This document shows, piece by piece, positions 1 through 8,193 of a DNA stretch of 14,487 nt; positions within the stretch are counted from its first letter, which is position 1, and every line of letters begins with the position of its first letter. The notes under the pieces are model-generated. The model saw only the letters and a list, made by a program, of their open reading frames with translations, did not search any database and had not been told where the DNA came from. The DNA is from an uncultured Oscillospiraceae bacterium. GTDB lineage: Bacteria; Bacillota; Clostridia; Oscillospirales; Oscillospiraceae. The stretch is taken from assembly GCA_964398305.1 (NCBI GenBank), contig CAYNMN010000049.1:1-14487 (forward strand), read 5' to 3'. Made by a program: the position numbers and the translations under genes.

Positions 1-243
1 GCCGCCGACCGTGAGCGGAATGAATATCTGCGACGCCGCGCGGCGCAGGATGTCCGTGAAGATGCCGCGCCCCTCGGCGGAGGCGGTGATGTCATAGAAC
101 ACCAGCTCGTCCGCGCCCTCGGCGTTGTAGAAGGCCGCGAGCTCCACCGGGTCGTCCACGTCGCGTATGCCGGTGAAGTTTTTGCCCTTCACCACTCGCC
201 CGTCGCGGACATCCAGACAGGGGATTATTCGTTTGGTATGCAC
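1..243 (-). CDS. hisF: Imidazole glycerol phosphate synthase cyclase subunit HisF, N-terminal 81 codons (gene continues beyond the window start)
   Basis: Reverse-complement translation from GTG (plus-strand cac at 241-243) reads [55 protein letters not shown]...[10 protein letters not shown], a canonical HisF N-terminus. GGAGG sits 6 nt upstream of the GTG. The ORF track omits it because it is truncated by the window edge. It overlaps the hisA 3' end by 19 nt. Confidence 0.85.
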   Translation of the reverse strand, partial: MHTKRIIPCLDVRDGRVVKGKNFTGIRDVDDPVELAAFYNAEGADELVFYDITASAEGRGIFTDILRRAASQIFIPLTVGG

Positions 244-959
244 TGCGCGCCTCCTGTTCTTACGGCATCGGCGAGGTCCACCGCGCCGGAGTAATATGCC
301 TTGCCGATTATCAGCGCCGCCGCGCCGGTCTCCCTCACGCGGCGCACGTCCTCCGCGCAGCCCACGCCGCCGGAGGCGACGATGCTCGCGTCCACGCTCC
401 TTACGAGCCGCTCAATCGCGGCAAGCGGCGGGCCGGAGAGCGTGCCGTCGGTGTCGATATCGGTGTAAATGAGCGTCCCAACGCCGAGAGCGGCCATGCT
501 TTTCGCAAATTCGTCGGCTCTGAGATCGCTGCCGCGCTCCCAGCCGTGGGTCATGACCAGCCCGTTCCTCGCGTCCACGCCGACGGCCACGCGCGCGCCG
601 TATTTTTCCACGGCGGCGGCGACAAGGTCGGGGTCGCTCACGGCGGCGGAGCCGATTACGAAGCGCCGCACGCCCATCGCGTCTGCGGCGTCGAGGTCGG
701 CCATGCTCCGCAAGCCCCCGCCGAGCTCCACGGCGAGACCGCTGCTTTTGCAGACCGAGGCGATGATGTCCGCGTTCGCGCGCACGCCGGAGCGCGCGCC
801 GTCGAGATCCACCATGTGCAGCATCACGGCGCCGGAGCGGGCGAAGTCGGCGGCGACGGCGAGCGGATCGTCCGCGACCTGACCGGCGGTGGCGAAGTCG
901 CCCCTGACGAGGCGCACGCAGCGCCCGTCCTTTAGGTCTATTGCGGGCAGTATCAGCAT
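225..959 (-). CDS. hisA: 1-(5-phosphoribosyl)-5-[(5-phosphoribosylamino)methylideneamino]imidazole-4-carboxamide isomerase HisA
   Basis: The track ORF 225..1187 has an Arg-rich, non-protein-like N-terminal extension. The real start is taken as the internal ATG at 959 ([22 protein letters not shown]...), preceded by GGGGAGGG 7 nt upstream. HisA/HisF (beta/alpha)8 motifs are present (AIDL.DG, VGGGLRS, SGGVG). It overlaps the hisH stop by 7 nt. Confidence 0.9.
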   Translation of the reverse strand: MLILPAIDLKDGRCVRLVRGDFATAGQVADDPLAVAADFARSGAVMLHMVDLDGARSGVRANADIIASVCKSSGLAVELGGGLRSMADLDAADAMGVRRFVIGSAAVSDPDLVAAAVEKYGARVAVGVDARNGLVMTHGWERGSDLRADEFAKSMAALGVGTLIYTDIDTDGTLSGPPLAAIERLVRSVDASIVASGGVGCAEDVRRVRETGAAALIIGKAYYSGAVDLADAVRTGGAQCIPNE

Positions 960-1591
960 TTTCCGCCCTCCCCGAGCGCGCAGAAGGCCCGCAGGATGCC
1001 GAGCCCCGTCTCGCCGCTCTTTTCGGGGTGGAACTGCGTGCCGAATACGCTGCCGTTCTGCACGACGCCCGTCACGTCCACGCCGTATTCGCTCGTCGCG
1101 GCGATATATCTCGCGTCGCACGCGGCGTAGAACGAGTGGACGTAGTAGACAAAGCCGCCCTGCTTTGTGTTCGCAAGTATCGGGCAATCGCTCCGCGCAA
1201 TGTCGAGACTGTTCCAGCCTATCTGCGGCACCTTGAGAGAGCTGCCGCGCGCCCTGAGCGCGTCGGAGAGCGAAACCACGTCGCCGGGGATGAGCCCGAG
1301 TCCGGCGTGCTCGCCGAACTCCAGCCCGCGCGTGAAAAGGAGCTGCATTCCCAGACAGATGCCGAGGAAGGGCTTGCCGCGCCCCGCCTCCTCGAGCAGC
1401 GTGGGGACAAGTCCCGTCTCGCGCAGCTTGTCGGCCGCGTCGCCGAAGGCGCCCACGCCGGGGAGGATTATCCGCTCCGCGCTTTTGAGCTGCCGCGCGT
1501 CGCTTGTTATCACGCTCTCGGCGCCGATGGCGGCAAGAGAGCAGGAGAGGGAAAAGAGATTTCCGACCCCGTAATCCACTATTGCCGTCAT
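953..1591 (-). CDS. hisH: Imidazole glycerol phosphate synthase glutamine amidotransferase subunit HisH
   Basis: 212 aa beginning MTAIVDYGVGNLFS, with class-I glutamine amidotransferase motifs (LPGVGAFG, GICLGMQLL, HPEKS). It sits between hisB and hisA. Confidence 0.9.
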   Translation of the reverse strand: MTAIVDYGVGNLFSLSCSLAAIGAESVITSDARQLKSAERIILPGVGAFGDAADKLRETGLVPTLLEEAGRGKPFLGICLGMQLLFTRGLEFGEHAGLGLIPGDVVSLSDALRARGSSLKVPQIGWNSLDIARSDCPILANTKQGGFVYYVHSFYAACDARYIAATSEYGVDVTGVVQNGSVFGTQFHPEKSGETGLGILRAFCALGEGGKC

Positions 1592-2181
1592 AGGTCGAGC
1601 AGCCCCTTCGTGGAGGGCGCCTCGCCCGCCGCGCGCGGGTCGGGGGAGCAGGCCTCGTCGAGCGCGTGCGCGAGCGCCTTGAACGCCGCCTCGATGATGT
1701 GATGGCTGTTCACGCCCGCAAGCTGCCGCAGGTGGATGCCTGCGCCGAGCGTGCGCGCGAGCGCCTGCATGAACTCCGCGACGAGCTCCGTGTCAAAGTC
1801 GAATACCCTCTGCGAGGGGGTGGCGATGTCGCTGCCGTACCATGCCCGTCCGCCGATGTCCACGGCGGCGAGGACGAGCGCGTCGTCCATCGGGATGACG
1901 GCGCTGCCGTAGCGCTTCACTCCGAGTCTTTCGCCCAGCGCCTCGCGGAAGGCGCTGCCGAGCGCCATCGCGCAGTCCTCCACCGTGTGGTGATAGCCGG
2001 TCTTTACGTCGCCGGCGCAGCTTATTTCCAGATCGAAGCGTCCGTGGCGGGCGAAGAGCTCGAGCATGTGGTCGAGAAAGCCGCAGCCGGTTTCCACGGT
2101 GTATTTGCCGCTGCCGTCCACATTGAGGGCGACCCTGATATCGGTCTCGTTGGAGCGTCGGGAATATTGCGCTTTTCTCAT
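1588..2181 (-). CDS. hisB: Imidazoleglycerol-phosphate dehydratase HisB
   Basis: The track ORF 1588..2355 carries a spurious Arg-rich extension. The start is taken at the ATG at 2181 (MRKAQYSRRSNETDIRVALNVDGSG...), with GGAGG 6 nt upstream. IGPD motifs are present (GCGFLDHML, HHTVED, HHIIEA). It overlaps the hisC stop by 4 nt. Confidence 0.9.
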   Translation of the reverse strand: MRKAQYSRRSNETDIRVALNVDGSGKYTVETGCGFLDHMLELFARHGRFDLEISCAGDVKTGYHHTVEDCAMALGSAFREALGERLGVKRYGSAVIPMDDALVLAAVDIGGRAWYGSDIATPSQRVFDFDTELVAEFMQALARTLGAGIHLRQLAGVNSHHIIEAAFKALAHALDEACSPDPRAAGEAPSTKGLLDL

Positions 2182-3245
2182 GCTTTCGCCTCCAGTATTT
2201 CTTTTGTGGCGCCGAGGAGGGCGTCCATCTGCCCGTCCGTGCCGACGGTTATGCGCACGCAGTCGATTATCCTGGGCGTGTCCCAGTGCCGGACAAGTAT
2301 GCCGCGCTCCTTTAGCGCGAGGTAATACTCTCCGCCGCCAAGCCCCCTCGGGCACTGGGCGAAGATGAAGTTCGCGCGGCTCTCGGTGGTTTTGAAGCCC
2401 AGAGAGCGCAGAGCCTCGGACGCTCTCTCCCGCGTCGCCGCGATCCTTGCCGAGCAGTCGCGGTAATAGTCCGCGTCGCGCAGGGCCGCCGTGCCGGCGA
2501 GCAGGGTCAGGCGGTTGAGGTTATACGGGTTGAAGCTGAACTTGATCTTGTTTATGTCGGCAATTATCTCCGGCGACGAGAGCGCGTAGCCCAGTCTCGC
2601 CCCCGCGAGGCAGAAGGACTTTGAAAACGTGCCGACGATGAGCAGGTTGTCGTATTTTTTCAGCAGCGGGACACAGCTCGTGCCCCCGAAGGCGCAGTAG
2701 GCCTCGTCCACGATCACGAGCCTGTCGCGGTTTGCGGAGAGCAGGCGCTCGATCTCGGAGAGGGGCAGGCACAGCCCAGTCGGCGCGTTGGGGTTGGCGA
2801 TGATCACCGTGCCGCGCTTGTCGGCGTAATCGTCGACGCTAATGCTCCAGTCGGAGCGCAGCGGCACTATGTCCGCCGCAACGCCGAAGAGCTCGGCATA
2901 GACGGGGTAGAAGCCGTAGCTGAGATCGGGGAACGCCGCGCCGTTCGGACACAGGGCCATGAAGCAGAAGGCGAGCACCTCGTCGCTGCCGTTGCCGGCA
3001 AAGACCTGCGAGCGGTCGAGCGAGAAGTATTCGCTCATCGCGCCGCAGAGGTCGGAGGCGGCGGGGTCGCTGTACAGCCGCAGCCGCTCCACCTCGTCCG
3101 CGTTTATCGCCGCCATGACGCCCCGTGAGGGCGGGTAGGGGTTCTCGTTGGTGTTGAGCTTCACCCAACCGCGCGCGTCCCTGGGCTGTTCGCCGGGGGT
3201 ATAGGCCTCGAGCTCGTTGAGCCGGGGCAGCAGGAAGCGGCTCAT
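2178..3245 (-). CDS. hisC: Histidinol-phosphate aminotransferase HisC
   Basis: 355 aa with KLNTNENPY, GNGSDE and the FSKSFCLAGARLGY PLP-lysine region. It overlaps the hisD stop by 4 nt. Confidence 0.9.
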   Translation of the reverse strand: MSRFLLPRLNELEAYTPGEQPRDARGWVKLNTNENPYPPSRGVMAAINADEVERLRLYSDPAASDLCGAMSEYFSLDRSQVFAGNGSDEVLAFCFMALCPNGAAFPDLSYGFYPVYAELFGVAADIVPLRSDWSISVDDYADKRGTVIIANPNAPTGLCLPLSEIERLLSANRDRLVIVDEAYCAFGGTSCVPLLKKYDNLLIVGTFSKSFCLAGARLGYALSSPEIIADINKIKFSFNPYNLNRLTLLAGTAALRDADYYRDCSARIAATRERASEALRSLGFKTTESRANFIFAQCPRGLGGGEYYLALKERGILVRHWDTPRIIDCVRITVGTDGQMDALLGATKEILEAKA

Positions 3246-4528
3246 TTTATCTCACCGCGGCGCGAGAGCACGCTCCTTGCGTGACCCTCGAGCCCCTCGC
3301 GGCGGGCAAAGCGGACTATGTCGTCCGCCACGCTCGCGAGCGCTCCGGAGGAATAATATATGTAGCTTGAGCGCTTCACGAAATCGTCCACGCCGAGCGG
3401 CGATGAGAAGCGCGCCGTGCCGCCGGTGGGGAGAGTGTGGTTCGTGCCGGCGAAGTAGTCGCCGAGCGCCTCGGGGGCGCTGCGGCCGAGGAATATGCTG
3501 CCGGCGTTCACGACCTCGGGGAGATATTCAAAGGGCTCGTCCACGCAGAGCTCAAGGTGCTCCGGCGCGATGGCGTTGGAGATAGCCACGGCCTCGTGAA
3601 TGTCGCCCGTGACAATTATCCTGCCATAGTCGCGGAAGGCGGCGGTCGCAATCTCGCGTCTCGGAAGTATGGCGAGCTGGCGCTCGATCTCGGCGTCCAC
3701 CCTCCGGGCGAACGCGCTGTCGTCGCACACGAGCACGGGCACGGAGCGCTCGCCGTGCTCGGCCTGGGATATGAGGTCGGCGGCGACGCAGCCGGGGTCG
3801 GACTTCGCGTCGGCTATCACGAGGATCTCGCTCGGCCCGGCGATCATGTCGATGTCGACGGCGCCGAACACCTGCTTCTTCGCCACCGCGACGAAGATGT
3901 TGCCGGGGCCGACGATCTTATCGACGCCATTTACGCTCTCGGTGCCGTAGGCGAGGGCGCCTATCGCCTGCGCCCCGCCCATCTTATAGATGGTGTCTAT
4001 GCCGGCGACATGGGCGGCGGCAAGTATCTCGGGGCGGGCCCTGCCGTCCCTTCCGGGCGGCGTCGCCATCACAACGTCCGGCACGCCCGCGAGCTTCGCG
4101 GGGACGGCGTTCATCAGCAGGCTGCTGGGGTAGGCCGCGGTGCCGCCGGGGATATAGAGCCCCACGCGCGCGAGCGGCGTTATCTTCTGGCCGAGCACCA
4201 TGCCCTCCGCGCGGGTGTATTCAAAGCCCTCGCGCAGCTGGCGGCGGTGGAAGTCCTCTATGTTGTCCCTCGCTCTTTTGAGCGTGTCCATAAACTCCGT
4301 CGGCTCGCTCGCCACGGCCTCCGCTATCTCCTCCGCGGAGACAGACAGGGAGTCGGGGCGCGCGCCGTCAAAGCGCTCGGTATAGCGCGCCACGGCCTCG
4401 TCGCCGTTCTCGCGCACATCCGCGAGTATGGCGGCCACCGCCTTTTCCACCTTTTCGTCTGTCTGCTCCGCCGCGCGGGAAAAGAGCTTCACGGCGTCTG
4501 TGCCTCTCGCCTCGATAATCTGTGTCAT
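3242..4528 (-). CDS. hisD: Histidinol dehydrogenase HisD
   Basis: 428 aa with GPGNIFVAVAKK, AGPSEILVIAD, SQAEHG and NHTLPTGG motifs typical of HisD. It overlaps the hisZG stop by 4 nt. Confidence 0.9.
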   Translation of the reverse strand: MTQIIEARGTDAVKLFSRAAEQTDEKVEKAVAAILADVRENGDEAVARYTERFDGARPDSLSVSAEEIAEAVASEPTEFMDTLKRARDNIEDFHRRQLREGFEYTRAEGMVLGQKITPLARVGLYIPGGTAAYPSSLLMNAVPAKLAGVPDVVMATPPGRDGRARPEILAAAHVAGIDTIYKMGGAQAIGALAYGTESVNGVDKIVGPGNIFVAVAKKQVFGAVDIDMIAGPSEILVIADAKSDPGCVAADLISQAEHGERSVPVLVCDDSAFARRVDAEIERQLAILPRREIATAAFRDYGRIIVTGDIHEAVAISNAIAPEHLELCVDEPFEYLPEVVNAGSIFLGRSAPEALGDYFAGTNHTLPTGGTARFSSPLGVDDFVKRSSYIYYSSGALASVADDIVRFARREGLEGHARSVLSRRGEIK

Positions 4529-6084
4529 TTTCCTGCCTCCAGACGGGCGCGGATGTCCTCTATCCTCGCCGCTTTGAATTTACTGCTCGCCTTGTTGGCG
4601 ATGAGCCGCGCCGACACCGGCGCTATCTCCTCGAGCACGCACAGGTCGTTTTCCCGCAGCGTGCCGCCCGTTTCAACAATGTCCACGATGACGTCGGACA
4701 GGCCGATCACCGGCGCGATCTCAATGCTGCCGCTTAGACGGATGATGTCCGCAAGGCGGCTCTTGCTCTCAAGCCAGCGCGAGGCGGTGTTGGAGTATTT
4801 CGTCGCCACGCGCAGCGGCGCGTCGGGGTCGGGGCGGAGATCCGCCTTGCCGGCGCAGACCATGCGGCACTTGCCGATGCCGAGATCGAGCAGCTCATAG
4901 ACCTCCGGGCTGTGCTCGCGCAGCACGTCGCTGCCGGCGACGCCTATGTCCGCCGCGCCGCGCTCTACATATACCGGCACATCCGAGGGCTTGACGAGCA
5001 GATAACGCAGCTTCTTTCCCGGACAGTCGAACACGAGCGAGCGCGAGTTCTCCGTCAGCGCGGGACATTCGAAGCCGAGCCCGGCAAAAAGTCCGTAGGC
5101 CGCGCTGCCGAGACGCCCCTTCGGGAGCGCCACAGTGAGCATATCGTCGCCGCCGGAGGCCGCCTCGTTCCCCGTGAGTCCGCTCAGATATGCCGCAAAG
5201 CCGATAGCCGGCTGCGAGCGGCCCATGCGCCGCATGAGCCCGTCGTAGCGTCCGCCGGAGAGCACCGCGCTGGGCGCGGAGTCTATGTAGCCGTTGAAGA
5301 TCACGCCGTTGTAGTAGTCGAGCACGCCGCCCACCGAGAGGTCGAGCCGCAGATGCGAGTCCGCCTCGCCGCCGCCTATGGCCGCGTAAAGCGCTTCGAG
5401 CTCGCCTACGGCCGCGCGCAGCTCGTCCGTGCAGGCGAGCCTTCCCGCGGCGGCGAGAGTTTCGGGGAAGGGGCCGGAGAGTCGGCACAGCTCCATGAGA
5501 GCGTCGGCCTTTTCCCCGGCGATCTCCGCAAGCTCCGAGGGGCTCTTGCGCGAGAGCGCGTCGAGCGCCGCGCCGGCCGCCGCGTCGTCAAGCCCGACGT
5601 CACGCATCCACGCGGCGGCAAAGCCGACGTGCCCTACGTCCAGCAGGTAGTCGCCGCCCATCTCCGCAAGGCTCCGCAGAGCAAGGCGCAGCACCTCGGC
5701 CTCCCCCGCGCCGTCCTCGCCGCCGATATACTCCAGCCCCGCCTGGCGGATCTCGCGCAGCTCGCCGCTGCCCGGCTCCGTGCGGAACACATTTTCGCAG
5801 TAATAGAGCCGCCGAGCTCCGCCGCCGGGGGGAGTGTTCTTTATTATGCTCAGCGTGACGTCGGGCTTTAGCGCCATCAGCCGCCCGCGCGGGTCGGTGA
5901 AGGTAACTATGCCGTCGCTCTTCAGAAAGCTCCTGTTGCCGTAGTAGGTGTCGTAGGGCTCAAACCGGTCGCTGCTGTACTTTTCGTAGCCCGCCTTGGA
6001 ATAGAGCCTTCTCAGCCGGAGCGTCAGCCGCTCCGCGCCCGAGAGAAATCCGAGATCGTCCATTTGCTTCTCCGTTTTCTTCAT
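4525..6084 (-). CDS. hisZ-hisG: ATP phosphoribosyltransferase regulatory subunit HisZ (res. 1-314) in one continuous frame with short-form ATP phosphoribosyltransferase HisG (res. 315-519); apparent HisZ-HisG fusion
   Basis: Residues 1-314 look like a HisRS paralogue (GRLYYCENVFRTEPGSGELREIRQAGLEYIGG motif-2-like, GGRYDGLM motif-3-like). Residues 315-519 start MLTVALPKGRL at the internal ATG (plus-strand cat 5140-5142) and are short-form HisG (~205 aa). Reading across 5143-5165 shows no stop codon between the two parts (..EAASGGDDMLTVAL..). A likely alternative hisZ start is the ATG at 6063 (MDDLGF...), which has ACGGAG 8 nt upstream. Confidence 0.8.
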   Translation of the reverse strand: MKKTEKQMDDLGFLSGAERLTLRLRRLYSKAGYEKYSSDRFEPYDTYYGNRSFLKSDGIVTFTDPRGRLMALKPDVTLSIIKNTPPGGGARRLYYCENVFRTEPGSGELREIRQAGLEYIGGEDGAGEAEVLRLALRSLAEMGGDYLLDVGHVGFAAAWMRDVGLDDAAAGAALDALSRKSPSELAEIAGEKADALMELCRLSGPFPETLAAAGRLACTDELRAAVGELEALYAAIGGGEADSHLRLDLSVGGVLDYYNGVIFNGYIDSAPSAVLSGGRYDGLMRRMGRSQPAIGFAAYLSGLTGNEAASGGDDMLTVALPKGRLGSAAYGLFAGLGFECPALTENSRSLVFDCPGKKLRYLLVKPSDVPVYVERGAADIGVAGSDVLREHSPEVYELLDLGIGKCRMVCAGKADLRPDPDAPLRVATKYSNTASRWLESKSRLADIIRLSGSIEIAPVIGLSDVIVDIVETGGTLRENDLCVLEEIAPVSARLIANKASSKFKAARIEDIRARLEAGK

Positions 6085-6183
6085 TATGATAACTAATTAG
6101 CATATTATCACATTACCCTATTAAAGTAAAGTGGGAGAAACGTAAAAATTCCGGCTCACGGGCGCGGCCGTTTGTGGATAATA
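6085..6183 (-). promoter_or_regulatory. AT-rich intergenic region upstream of the his operon; presumed his promoter, with a possible spoVAC terminator hairpin at ~6146-6165 followed by a U-run
   Basis: A 99-bp AT-rich island (ttattatgataactaattagcatattatcacattaccctattaaag) in otherwise GC-rich DNA, directly upstream of the hisZ start. On the minus strand, cggccgcgcccgugagccgg followed by aauuuuua sits just after the spoVAC stop. No sigma motifs were rigorously assigned. Confidence 0.3.
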
Positions 6184-6627
6184 CTATATTAGGCTCAAAA
6201 CGTACAGCACCAGCCCGTAAACAACACTCGCGCCTACGCCGTAGACGATCACGGGCCCGGCGATTACGAACATCTTCGCGGCCGTGCCGGTTATGAGCCC
6301 CTCCGTCTTGAACTCAAGGGCGGGGGAAACGACGGCGTTGGCGAAGCCGGTTATCGGCACGAGCGTACCGGCTCCGGCGAACTTCGCCGCGTCGTCATAT
6401 ACGCCCAGCCCCGTGAGCAGCGCGCCGAGGAAGATGAGCGACATCGAAGCCGCCGCGCCCGCATCCTTTTCGGAAAGGCCGAGCGCCGCGCCGCCCGACA
6501 GCAGCGCCTGCCCGGCGCAGCAGATGAGCCCGCCCACGAGAAAGGCGCGCAGCATATCGCCCCATATCGGGGAGGGCGGGGATCTTTCCGCGACGTATTT
6601 TGCGTATTGCTCCCTGGTCATTTTCAT
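6184..6627 (-). CDS. spoVAC: Stage V sporulation protein AC-like membrane protein (SpoVAC/SpoVAEB family)
   Basis: 147 aa. The N-terminus MKMTREQYAKYVAERSPPSP....LRAFLVGGLICCAGQAL matches the SpoVAC signature (..KAFLVGGLIC.IGQ). The remainder is Gly/Ala-rich and hydrophobic, consistent with a channel-like membrane protein. No spoVAD or spoVAE follows it. Confidence 0.6.
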   Translation of the reverse strand: MKMTREQYAKYVAERSPPSPIWGDMLRAFLVGGLICCAGQALLSGGAALGLSEKDAGAAASMSLIFLGALLTGLGVYDDAAKFAGAGTLVPITGFANAVVSPALEFKTEGLITGTAAKMFVIAGPVIVYGVGASVVYGLVLYVLSLI

Positions 6628-6679
6628 AAAAAAGCACCTCCGCGGTATTATCTGCGGAGGCGCCGAAAATATTAACTTT

Positions 6680-7090
6680 TCAGTCTATATCGACGGAGAG
6701 ATTGTCGATCCCGTGCTCGTCGAACTCGGCGAGGTATTCGTCCATGCGGTCTGTCAGCTCGGTGAAGTCCTCGGGGTCGGTGTCCTCAAGGTGCATATCG
6801 CGCCGGGCCATCTCCTCGGCGAGAATATCAAAGAATACGGCGTCCTCATAGTCGGCGATTGCGTCGTGTATTCCGCCCTCCTCATATTCCTTGGAGGGAA
6901 AGACGTGGCCGTACCAGCTTTGGTAGAGCTTGCTCAAGCCGTTTTTGGAGCAGAGGGCAAAAAGCTTTTCCTGCAGCTCGTCATAATCCGCAAAGCGATC
7001 CTCGCCCCTTGTAGAGTTGAGCACCCAGTTGCCTATATAGACCATGTCCAGCAGCCTGCGAAATTCCTTGTTGGTAAGCTCGATATTCAT
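6680..7090 (-). CDS. Hypothetical acidic protein (136 aa)
   Basis: The track ORF 6680..7102 starts at a GTG that overlaps the GGAGG. The ATG at 7090 (MNIELTNKEFRRLLDMVYIGNW...) with GGAGG 11 nt upstream is preferred. The C-terminus is highly acidic (EDTDPEDFTELTDRMDEYLAEFDEHGIDNLSVDID). No recognisable domain. Confidence 0.5.
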   Translation of the reverse strand: MNIELTNKEFRRLLDMVYIGNWVLNSTRGEDRFADYDELQEKLFALCSKNGLSKLYQSWYGHVFPSKEYEEGGIHDAIADYEDAVFFDILAEEMARRDMHLEDTDPEDFTELTDRMDEYLAEFDEHGIDNLSVDID

Positions 7091-7415
7091 ATCCCGGCAC
7101 ACCTCCTCGCGTCCGTATCGGGGGATACTGATTGATATGCTGTATTATAGCACGACCACACAAAAATTCTACACAAAAATTACAAGGAATCATCAGACGG
7201 TGTTGGCTTATTATACAATCGGCGTCCCGCCCGAAATGCCCAGATACCGCCGCGGCGCGGCGCACAAAAAAAGTGGTGTTAATCAGACGGCAAGGAAAGA
7301 CAATGACTGACGGAGATAATATACTGGACTACAAATAGTGTTAACCAGACGACAACAGCTGTTTTGGAATGGGGGGATAAGTTTGGTTGTTTTGCAGGGG
7401 GAGGAAAAGCGCGCA

Positions 7416-7520
7416 ATGTGCGGCGAGCTTGCGCGGCATCTGCCGAAGCTGCGGGAGATCATGAAGCTCTCGCAGGGGGAGCTTGCGGAGCTCTGCGGTA
7501 TTTCGCGCACGAGGATATGA
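7416..7520 (+). pseudogene. Truncated XRE-type helix-turn-helix gene fragment (34 codons)
   Basis: MCGELARHLPKLREIMKLSQGELAELCGISRTRI* contains the helix2-turn-helix3 pattern (LSQGELAELCGISRTRI) of XRE/Cro-C1 HTH domains but stops within the domain. It lies in a lower-GC decayed stretch. Confidence 0.35.
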
Positions 7521-7545
7521 CACGGACATCTTCACTGAACCAACA

Positions 7546-7938
7546 ATGAAGGGCAAACTTGGCGTAAATGCCATGAAAGCAGATCATCACCTATACGACC
7601 ATATTCTGTATGATTCCACCAACGAGCGGGATTTTGCAACAGAGCTTGATACGCGAACCGAGGTGGCAGTCTATGTAAAACTGCCGAACGGATTCTATAT
7701 CTCCACACCGGTTGGTAAATACAATCCTGACTGGGCAATTGCGTTCAAAGAAGGCAGTGTCAAGCATATCTATTTTGTCGCAGAGACAAAAGGCTCTATG
7801 AATTCTATGCAGCTTCGTATGGTTGAGGAGGCAAAAATACACTGTGCCAGGGAGCACTTCAAAGCCATTAGCTCTGACAGCATAGTGTATGATGTGGTGG
7901 ATAGTTACGAGAGTTTGTTGAACAGGGTTATGAGATAA
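7546..7938 (+). CDS. PD-(D/E)xK nuclease-domain fragment resembling the C-terminal endonuclease module of restriction-enzyme Res subunits; probable gene remnant
   Basis: The ~130-aa ORF starting MKGKLGVNAMKADHHLYDHILYD contains ...YNPDWAIAF...HIYFVAETKGS..., a classical PD...(D/E)xK arrangement. It is too short for a complete restriction enzyme, abuts the truncated HTH fragment, and sits in DNA with GC well below the window average. Confidence 0.4.
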   Translation: MKGKLGVNAMKADHHLYDHILYDSTNERDFATELDTRTEVAVYVKLPNGFYISTPVGKYNPDWAIAFKEGSVKHIYFVAETKGSMNSMQLRMVEEAKIHCAREHFKAISSDSIVYDVVDSYESLLNRVMR

Positions 7939-8193
7939 GCGAATTGCAGAAAAAGGGACATGCCGTCATTGTTCAAAGGCTGCAAATTGATTTAAAAACC
8001 CATGATGGATAATGTGACACATTCGCGGTCTGAACGGAGCGGAGCTTGTAGACCTGATCCTGAAGAATTGCGAAAGACTGAGTGAAAAGTATCAGAGGCT
8101 GATACCGCTGAAGATGGTATATATTCCTGCGGCTCCGGACCGGGCATAGAGCCCGCGGGCATTTAATTCCGCATATAAGTAGGACGACACACC

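Noticed and set aside
960-1187. N-terminal extensions of the hisA (to 1187) and hisB (to 2355) ORFs in the track
   Set aside because: The extensions are Arg-rich nonsense that overlaps the upstream gene. Internal ATGs with GGAGG-type SD sequences give proteins of canonical length and N-termini.
6085-6183. T-box or attenuator leader for the his operon
   Set aside because: The intergenic space is only 99 bp, too short for a T-box (~250 nt). No His-codon-rich leader peptide is visible.
167-6627. Many long ORFs in the six-frame track on the strand opposite to, or out of frame with, the his genes (e.g. 167..472+, 469..882+, 546..935+, 889..1236+, 941..1702+, 1666..2325+, 2839..3168-, 3217..3585+, 3437..4900+, 4895..5488-, 4912..5871+, 6284..7135+, 6395..6637-)
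   Set aside because: They overlap genes with clear enzyme motifs and have the Arg/Pro/Ala/Ser-rich low-complexity composition typical of off-frame ORFs in high-GC DNA. They are treated as artefacts.
8135-8160. GC-rich palindromes CCGG-a-CCGG and gcccgcgggc upstream of the macro-HTH gene as an autoregulatory operator
   Set aside because: Short GC palindromes are expected by chance in ~68% GC DNA. They are unrelated to the GTCAATC dyad and show no supporting repetition.
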